DNA from: a virus
Taxonomy: Duplodnaviria; Heunggongvirae; Uroviricota; Caudoviricetes
Reading direction: 5' to 3' (one strand)
IMG/VR virus record: IMGVR_UViG_3300028653_000011
DNA: 64,000 nucleotides
The stretch's first letter is position 1; every line of letters starts with the position of its first letter. The position numbers and the translations under genes are program-made. The notes beneath the pieces are model-generated. The model searched no databases. It saw only the letters and a program-made list of their open reading frames with translations, and was not told where the DNA came from. This document shows, one piece after another, positions 57,615 to 64,000 of the stretch.

Positions 57615-58859
57615 ATCGCAACCTTCAAAGAAGTCCTCCCGTCAGACATCAAGGTGGCTCGTTCGTTTCTGAACCAGCTCATCGACGTCCTGCAACAGGA
57701 CATCAGCGGGTCGGTGTCTCGCCGCAAGTACCAAGTCTTCGTCACTGGGGGCATCGGACCTGGTGTGACGAGCTCTCTCTTTCAAACCGTCTATGACTCG
57801 GACTTCACGCTCCAGACCGCCAACGCCATCTTCGACATGACGGTGGGCCTAGGCCCCGGCGGCACTACGGAGCTGACGAGCCAGACGGGCGTCGACGCCG
57901 CGGGCAAGGAACTATTCCCCAGCTCCAGCCTGATGGTACGCGAGAAGATGGACGTCTACCGCCAGTTCGCGCAGTCGCTATTAGGCAATGCAACGACCAC
58001 TTTCACCTCGCCGCTCAACAGCAGCAATCCATCGGACAACATCGACGTGGCGCTGTTCATCGCCTTCAAGCGGTTGTTCGCACGTGACAGCATCAAGCGC
58101 GAGACGTTTGCGATGCGGTTCTTTCAGACGGCGTCGGCCGTCGGCCCATCGGGACAGAATGAGCCCCCGACTGCAGGCCCGGTCGGCGACGTCGGATGGA
58201 TCACCAACCTCAACGTCAATTCGACCGTCGGCTCGGCGATTTACACCGACATCGGCGCCGCGACCAATAAGCTGTCGACGTTCGGGGGCCAGGTCGGCAA
58301 CATTGTCGACAGCGCCAACACCACCCGTAACGTGGGCCTGATGTTCTATGATCGCGGCATCCTCGTCCTTGACATGGCCAAGGTGACCAGCGGCAGCCAG
58401 TTCGTGTCGGGCACCATCGACGCCATGGCAGCGCTGGGCAACCAGACGTTGGGTGCCAAGGGGACGGAGACCAAGTGGAAGTCAGCGTTCATCCCTGACT
58501 TCGTCGTCAGTGCGTCGATTGATAACATCATCGACCACGTCGCCGGTTGCAGGATGGGCTCAGGCAGCAACACCGCCATCACCTTCCAGAACATCACCAA
58601 CATCAATTCGAGCCTGATCTTCTGTCGGGCGGGCGCAGACGAGTTCAATTACTCGTCGAACCCAACATACACAGACACCTCCAACCGGATCGTGGTAATT
58701 GACGTGGGTCAGGAAGACACGCAGCAGAGCTTCACCTACATCACGAGCGTTGGCCTCTATGACGCCAACGACAATCTCCTCGCCGTCGCCAAACTCAGTC
58801 GCCCGGTGCAGAAGAACAGTGAACGAGATCTGACGCTACGCCTCCGCCTCGACTTCTGA
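57615..58859 (+). CDS. Putative baseplate/tail structural protein; probable ATC start
   Basis: GGAGG 9 nt before in-frame ATC GCA ACC TTC AAA; C-terminus 'YITSVGLYDANDNLLAVAKLSRPVQK...RLDF'. Confidence 0.75.
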   Translation: MATFKEVLPSDIKVARSFLNQLIDVLQQDISGSVSRRKYQVFVTGGIGPGVTSSLFQTVYDSDFTLQTANAIFDMTVGLGPGGTTELTSQTGVDAAGKELFPSSSLMVREKMDVYRQFAQSLLGNATTTFTSPLNSSNPSDNIDVALFIAFKRLFARDSIKRETFAMRFFQTASAVGPSGQNEPPTAGPVGDVGWITNLNVNSTVGSAIYTDIGAATNKLSTFGGQVGNIVDSANTTRNVGLMFYDRGILVLDMAKVTSGSQFVSGTIDAMAALGNQTLGAKGTETKWKSAFIPDFVVSASIDNIIDHVAGCRMGSGSNTAITFQNITNINSSLIFCRAGADEFNYSSNPTYTDTSNRIVVIDVGQEDTQQSFTYITSVGLYDANDNLLAVAKLSRPVQKNSERDLTLRLRLDF

Positions 58860-58933
58860 TCCTCGCGCGCCTTTGGTCGGTTCTTCATGTTTGGGGAATC
58901 GTGGTGTAGGGTAGTTAGAGAGTACAGCGACCG

Positions 58934-61483
58934 ATGCCCTCGATCTATCCGTTCGATCCCACTGACCTTGAAACGTTCACCGTCGTCACCAACCCGGTGC
59001 GCACGTACACGTCGAGTTCGACGCAGGGCTCCACAGGTTCGATCTACGTCTATCCGCGTCACTCGTTGATCCAGAAGGACATTCAGCCCGATTCTTCGTT
59101 CACCGAGGCGGCCCACGATGATGCCGATCTGTCGTCGTTGCTGCACCAAGTGCAGATGTCAGCCAAAGTCAGTGCCAATGCCATCACCCACGCCGGTGCC
59201 TTGGTCAGTGGCAGCCTCACCAGCCTGCTGACGCAGTACATGGCAGGCTGCGCCACACAGGGGCAAGCCGAGCGCCTGAAGGTCAAGCTTGACATCGTCA
59301 GGTTTTCTCCTCCTCCCGCGTTCAACAGCAACACCCTACGCAAGTTGATCATCAAGGACCAACTCAACACGTTCTATCGACCCACCTACCCGACGGCACA
59401 CTGGGCCTACACCAACTACAACACCCTCAACTTCTTCACCGCGTCGATGGTGCCCACGTCGTCGGTGTTGCTGTACCCGAACATCGGTGGGGGCAACGGA
59501 GGCCTCGTCGTCAACAAGGGCCATGCCAGCGGCACCTACACGCCGAGTGGCTCCTTCAGCTTTGACTTCTACATCAATCCGCGGTACCAACAGGACGCGC
59601 CCAACAAGCCCTTCAAGGCGGGCACCATCCTCCACTTATCATCGACCTTTGCCCTATCGCTGGTCACGGGTTCAGGCGTCGACTACACTGGCCGTAGCGT
59701 GGGCTTTCGCCTGCAGCTACAGTTGAGCCAGTCGGCTGACATTGCACCGTCGACGGCGGTGCCGGGCCCGTACCCGTCAGACCTCATCTTCCTGTCCAAC
59801 GACAATAGCCTGCAGTGGAACCACTGGCACCATGTCGTCGTCAGGTGGGGCACCAACCAGATCAACAACGGCGTCGGCACTTTCAATGTCGATGGCCTCG
59901 ACGTCGGCACCTTCACAGTTCCATCATCGACGATTTCACCTGCAGCGTCGACGTTCTCACAAACCAGCAGCCTGGCCAACCCTGACGTCATGTGCCTGGG
60001 CAACTTCTACGAGGGGCCCAACACCAACGGCAACCCGATGGGTGCCTTCTTTGCGTTCGATCCCGCCAACCGCGACGGCCTGCAGGTGATGTACGCCGAA
60101 TACGGCGTCGCTGCACCTCCGAGTTACTTCTTTAGGCACCCGCTCAATGCCGAGCTTCACGACGTCGCCATCCGTCGCTGCTACATGTCAGACACTGACA
60201 TTGCCTTCAGCGCCAGCATCGGGCCCACCTTCCTTGACAACACTTTCTCATTCTATGTGCCGCCCTTCTTCGTCGAGCAATCGCCATATCGCCAGTTTGT
60301 GGGTGACCATGGCGGCCTCCTCATCACCCCCTTTGAAGAGATCGACGGTGCCTCAACGACACCCTTCAGCGTCGCACTGTCGTTCGGCGTCGCGGGTCAC
60401 TACATCAACCTTGAGAACTTTGGTAAGGACTTGGGTTCACAGGTCTTTCCGTTGCTACATCACCTGACAGGCGTTGCCATTCAGACGTCGACTAGTGCGG
60501 AGACGTGTAATGACTTCCTGTACTCGCAACCCTTCGTTGCCAAGCGCAACCTGACGATCCTACCTTGCGACGACGGCAATTTCGTTCCCAGCTTTCAATT
60601 GCTGGTGTCGGAGGGATTGGCCCGCGCCGTCGATGACCTGGGCCTCGATGAGCTCAGCTTCATCAACCTCGACAACATGATCTCGACGGCGACGCTGATG
60701 TTCGGCGCGGGGGCCTTCGACGACGGCACGCAGCCCGATGTGCAGGTCAATGCCTTTGCCAACATCCAGCTGGGCGCGACGCCTGAGACGCCTTTCACCG
60801 CGGCGGGCCCGGCAACGTTGAACTACATCAACACTGCACAGTCGGGCAGTGACGTCGAGTTCGGTGCGCCGCTGACGGTCTTTCAACGCACGCAGGATCC
60901 GTCGTCGAATGAAGTCGTCGTCTTTGACATCAGCAACCTGTACTACGGTTTCAGGATCAGCCCGGGTACGCTGACATTCAGTGAACCCGATCTGATGCGA
61001 TCGAGCCTGTTGGGCTCGCAGCATGATATTACGCAACCCAACACGCGTGGGCCCATCTCGATTAACTTGGCCGATGATGGGCGTGGCAACGTGTACCGGG
61101 CAGATTGCTTGACGCCACAGGCAACGTGGAACTCGGTGGGCAATGTGTATTACGACGAGGGTCTGGTGCTGCTCAAGAGCCCTCACCTGTACTTCTATGG
61201 CCTCAATCAATTCGGCACCAACTTCAGGGGTGAGCAGCACGTGCACGTCATGAAGCTTGATGCCTTTGCGCCGAGCAATCAATTGAACAGCTCGAGCAAT
61301 CCCAACTACGCGTCGGTGCCTCCGACGGGCTATCCGAATGACCCCGAGGACAACTTCGTCTACATCACCAACCTGTACTTCCACGACCGTGACTTAAATG
61401 TGGTGATGAAGACGGCACTCGCTCAACCCATCGCGAAAAGGCCGGGGGATAAAGTCCTCTTTAAGATCAAGTACGACTTCTAA
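58934..61483 (+). CDS. Putative baseplate/tail protein with LamG/ConA-like domain
   Basis: 'SFSFDFYINP', 'WHHVVVRW', 'AELHDVAI', 'VGNVYYDEG', C-terminus 'YITNLYFHDRDLNVVMKTALAQPIAKR...KYDF'. Confidence 0.8.
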   Translation: MPSIYPFDPTDLETFTVVTNPVRTYTSSSTQGSTGSIYVYPRHSLIQKDIQPDSSFTEAAHDDADLSSLLHQVQMSAKVSANAITHAGALVSGSLTSLLTQYMAGCATQGQAERLKVKLDIVRFSPPPAFNSNTLRKLIIKDQLNTFYRPTYPTAHWAYTNYNTLNFFTASMVPTSSVLLYPNIGGGNGGLVVNKGHASGTYTPSGSFSFDFYINPRYQQDAPNKPFKAGTILHLSSTFALSLVTGSGVDYTGRSVGFRLQLQLSQSADIAPSTAVPGPYPSDLIFLSNDNSLQWNHWHHVVVRWGTNQINNGVGTFNVDGLDVGTFTVPSSTISPAASTFSQTSSLANPDVMCLGNFYEGPNTNGNPMGAFFAFDPANRDGLQVMYAEYGVAAPPSYFFRHPLNAELHDVAIRRCYMSDTDIAFSASIGPTFLDNTFSFYVPPFFVEQSPYRQFVGDHGGLLITPFEEIDGASTTPFSVALSFGVAGHYINLENFGKDLGSQVFPLLHHLTGVAIQTSTSAETCNDFLYSQPFVAKRNLTILPCDDGNFVPSFQLLVSEGLARAVDDLGLDELSFINLDNMISTATLMFGAGAFDDGTQPDVQVNAFANIQLGATPETPFTAAGPATLNYINTAQSGSDVEFGAPLTVFQRTQDPSSNEVVVFDISNLYYGFRISPGTLTFSEPDLMRSSLLGSQHDITQPNTRGPISINLADDGRGNVYRADCLTPQATWNSVGNVYYDEGLVLLKSPHLYFYGLNQFGTNFRGEQHVHVMKLDAFAPSNQLNSSSNPNYASVPPTGYPNDPEDNFVYITNLYFHDRDLNVVMKTALAQPIAKRPGDKVLFKIKYDF

Positions 61484-61591
61484 GTTGTTGATATCATTGA
61501 CTTTTAAGTGAGTTGACTACATTCACGTTAATTCGATCATGATCTTCATCGACGACCATAGTTAAGATCGACAAGAAAGTTGGTTGATCTC

Positions 61592-61744
61592 ATGAACATT
61601 CTCTGGATTCTGTGCTGCATTATCTTCGTGATGTGGCTATTGGGCTTTGTGTTCTTCCCCATCGCCGGCGGGTTCATTCACCTGCTGTTGCTCGTCATCG
61701 TCGTGTTGGTCATCGTCCGCCTGTTGCAAGGCCGCGGCGTCTAA
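61592..61744 (+). CDS. 50-aa membrane protein (lmo0937/DUF5670-like)
   Basis: Below the track cutoff: MNILWILCCIIFVMWLLGFVFFPIAGGFIHLLLLVIVVLVIVRLLQGRGV; 'WLLG...GG.IH.LL' signature. Confidence 0.85.
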   Translation: MNILWILCCIIFVMWLLGFVFFPIAGGFIHLLLLVIVVLVIVRLLQGRGV

Positions 61745-61780
61745 CCATCCCCATCGCAGCTCGTCGGACCTATTTACCTC

Positions 61781-62020
61781 ATGCGTATTAGGTTCGGCGA
61801 GCTCAAGCGACTGATCGGCGAGGCCAACCGCAACCGGCGCACGGGCCAGTATTCCTACGAGGCCAACTTCGAGCGCCTCTGCACCTGCGGTCACCCGTTG
61901 GCCGTCCACGCCGGCGACGCGCCACACCCGTGTTTCAATGATGATACCGGCATTGCAGGTGCGACGGGTGAAGACTGCACCTGTGAAAGGTTCAGGCCCA
62001 TCCGTGGCAAAAAAGCGTAA
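61781..62020 (+). CDS. Small zinc-binding protein with head-targeting-like N-terminus
   Basis: 'MRIRFGELKRLIGEA'; 'CTCGH....H...C...CTCERF'; CTATTTA upstream. Confidence 0.75.
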   Translation: MRIRFGELKRLIGEANRNRRTGQYSYEANFERLCTCGHPLAVHAGDAPHPCFNDDTGIAGATGEDCTCERFRPIRGKKA

Positions 62021-62405
62021 GCGTAAGCGTAAGGGCCACTACCATACCGGCGTTCACGCGTCTCCCAAGACGGGCCTGACGTGTAAATACCGCTCGGGTT
62101 GGGAAAGTTCGTACATGCAGTACCTCGACGCGTCGCCCGACGTCATCACCTGGGCCTATGAGTCGATCGTCATCCCGTACGTCAGCAACAAGAAGACGGG
62201 CAAGCTGCGCAACTATCACCCCGACTTCCTCGTCACCTACGCCGACGGCCACATCGAACTCGTCGAGGTGAAACCCGCTAGACGGGTGCACCAGGTCAAG
62301 GTGGCCAAGAAGTTGTTGGCGGCGGGTGACTGGGCTCGGGCCCACGGCGTCGCACTGGTCGTCATCACCGAGGTTGAATTGAAGCAACTTGGCCTATTGA
62401 AGTAG
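62004..62405 (+). CDS. Head completion nuclease (T4 gp4 / TnsA-like)
   Basis: 'YRSGWE', 'WAYESIVIPY', 'YHPDF', 'LVEVKP', 'ITE.EL'. Confidence 0.9.
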   Translation: MAKKRKRKRKGHYHTGVHASPKTGLTCKYRSGWESSYMQYLDASPDVITWAYESIVIPYVSNKKTGKLRNYHPDFLVTYADGHIELVEVKPARRVHQVKVAKKLLAAGDWARAHGVALVVITEVELKQLGLLK

Positions 62406-62435
62406 TGAAGTCTCGGGCCATTGGGTGGGATAAGT

Positions 62436-63056
62436 ATGGGGGTGAGCAATCTCCTACGTGACTATGTCAACTTGCTCGTCGAAGCGCGTCAGCCGTTCGA
62501 TCTCAAGGTCTTCCGAGGATTGACCGAGGACGACGCTGTGGAATACCTCGACTTTCACGCCAAGGTGCTGGGGTCGGGCGCGGGCAGGACGGTCTACGAC
62601 GTGGGCCGTGGGTGGGTCATCAAGTGGGCGTACAACGCCAATGGCATTGAGCAGAACAGGGACGAGGCCTCTCGACGCAAGTGTGCAGCGCCTAATGCTC
62701 CCATCGTCCACGTGTTGGTGAAGGCGCCCAACTACCAGTGGGTCATCTCCAACAAGGTCAAGCCCGTGGTGGGTGCTTCCCTCGGGCGCGCCCTGAAGGC
62801 GACCGTCGGCATGTCTGACACTAGTGACCTAATGTTCATCATTGAGACGAGCATTCATCAAGCGGAGGGGTATGAACTCGGGATTGATGACGCCGAAGCT
62901 CTTCGTGCCCATGAACGCCTGTATCACACTAATGAGTGGTACCGGGCACTGTACGACACCGTCAAGGCCTGCAAGATTAATCCCATGGAACTTCATGATG
63001 ACAACTGGGGTCTCGATGACAAGGGCAGGTTGGTGTTGCTCGACACGGGAGGGTGA
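62436..63056 (+). CDS. Minimal protein-kinase-like fold protein
   Basis: 'LGSGAGRTVY', 'VIKWA', 'QNRDE', 'ELHDDNWG', 'LVLLDTG'. Confidence 0.75.
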   Translation: MGVSNLLRDYVNLLVEARQPFDLKVFRGLTEDDAVEYLDFHAKVLGSGAGRTVYDVGRGWVIKWAYNANGIEQNRDEASRRKCAAPNAPIVHVLVKAPNYQWVISNKVKPVVGASLGRALKATVGMSDTSDLMFIIETSIHQAEGYELGIDDAEALRAHERLYHTNEWYRALYDTVKACKINPMELHDDNWGLDDKGRLVLLDTGG

Positions 63057-63091
63057 CCTTTACAGGCGTCGCGTGAAGACCATGATCAGCC

Positions 63092-63781
63092 ATGAGCGTG
63101 ATCTTGGGACTTGATGTAAGCACCAGCTGCACAGGATTTTGTGTCATAGAGAGTGGCGCGTCGGCGGGTGACCACTACATGCTCGATCGAATTGAGTTTA
63201 AGAAATGTAAGACGCTGTGGGAGAAAACAGATGTGGTGCAGCGTGCATTCAAAGTCATCAGTGCCGAATTGTCTGCTCAATATCACATCTGCATTGACCG
63301 TGTCGTCGTCGAAGAGCCATTGATGGGCTTTCGCGCGGGAATGTCGTCGGCGCAGACGATCTCGACGCTGATGCGGTTCAATGGCATCACGTCGTACATC
63401 GCCCGTGATGTCTTTGGTGTCGATCCCGAGTACATCGGTGCCGCCCACGCCCGCAAATTATGTGGCGTCAAGCTCCAGAAGACGGCGATCGGCGGGCCCC
63501 AAAAGGAGCAAGTTTTCTCGTACATGAGTGAGCACGACCTCCATGACGTCAAGTGGCCCGTGACCAAGACTGGCAAGCAGGTACTCTGGAGCCGCGACGC
63601 GACCGACGCCTACGTCATCGCTCGAGCAGCGGCAATCTGTGGGCCCATCGTGGTGACCAAGAAGCCCAAGAAGGTGCCAAAACCCCCGGGCGGGTGTGCC
63701 TACCCGTGCGAGCCTGGGTGTCCGGGCAAGCCCATGAAGGGCCTGACGATGTGCCGCAAGCACCAACCCTTCCCGGCTTGA
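63092..63781 (+). CDS. RuvC-like Holliday junction resolvase
   Basis: 'ILGLDVSTSCTG', 'VVEE', 'KEQV', 'DATDAYVIA'. Confidence 0.85.
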   Translation: MSVILGLDVSTSCTGFCVIESGASAGDHYMLDRIEFKKCKTLWEKTDVVQRAFKVISAELSAQYHICIDRVVVEEPLMGFRAGMSSAQTISTLMRFNGITSYIARDVFGVDPEYIGAAHARKLCGVKLQKTAIGGPQKEQVFSYMSEHDLHDVKWPVTKTGKQVLWSRDATDAYVIARAAAICGPIVVTKKPKKVPKPPGGCAYPCEPGCPGKPMKGLTMCRKHQPFPA

Positions 63782-63813
63782 ACCATTGACCTGATCTGGG
63801 TTACGATCGGCTC

Positions 63814-64000
63814 GTGCCCGTCGTCTCCGTGACCGATCGCGTCAAGTTCATCGAAAGCGTCTTCGGTCTCGGGCGCCTGGCACGCAATGGCCGCAATTTC
63901 GACGTGCGCTGCCCGGTCTGTGCACCCAAGGACGTGTCGAAGAAGAAGCTGGCCATCCTATTAGAGGATGATCAGTGGCACTGTTGGACGTGCGGCGCGC
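63814..64000 (+). CDS. DNA primase N-terminal zinc-binding domain (partial)
   Basis: GTG start; 'VRCPVC...KKKLAI...WHCWTCGA' runs off the window end. Confidence 0.75.
   Translation, partial: MPVVSVTDRVKFIESVFGLGRLARNGRNFDVRCPVCAPKDVSKKKLAILLEDDQWHCWTCGA

Noticed and set aside
62004-62405. Tn7-like transposon (TnsA)
   Set aside because: No TnsB/TnsC or transposon ends; size and context fit a gp4-like head completion protein.
1-64000. Genome-wide stop-codon reassignment
   Set aside because: Long genes are intact in code 11, and TAA, TAG and TGA all end genes at sensible positions.

Overview
This is a gene-dense, GC-rich 64-kb segment of a large tailed-phage (jumbo/huge-phage-like) genome. 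No rRNA, ribosomal-protein genes or CRISPR array are visible. The left arm (about 1-36.2 kb, mostly minus strand) holds a gp55-like sigma factor, a PD-(D/E)XK nuclease, a small operon with a Pth2-like gene and a tRNA-like element, and about 28 glycan-related genes (about 16 glycosyltransferases plus NDP-sugar dehydrogenases, dehydratases and reductase, DegT aminotransferase, GNAT, formyl- and methyltransferases, deacetylase). After an AT-rich strand-switch region at 36.2-36.4 kb, the right arm (mostly plus strand) carries a divergent chaperonin, ClpP, a DinG-like helicase, an Hc1-like protein, a stand-alone sigma region 4 protein, PhoH, a tail/baseplate-like module interrupted by three free-standing endonuclease genes, a gp4-like head completion nuclease, a kinase-like protein, RuvC and the start of a primase. 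The best candidate for a new system is at 4.4-6.45 kb. There a leaderless leader ORF ends in UGA-A; a +1-frame RGPP arrest-like motif is encoded by nucleotides that also pair with the downstream Shine-Dalgarno; and the same co-oriented gene run holds a Pth2-like gene and a tRNA-like RNA whose 8-nt anticodon loop (UUCA) is complementary to UGAA. All family calls come from reading motifs by eye; no searches were run.
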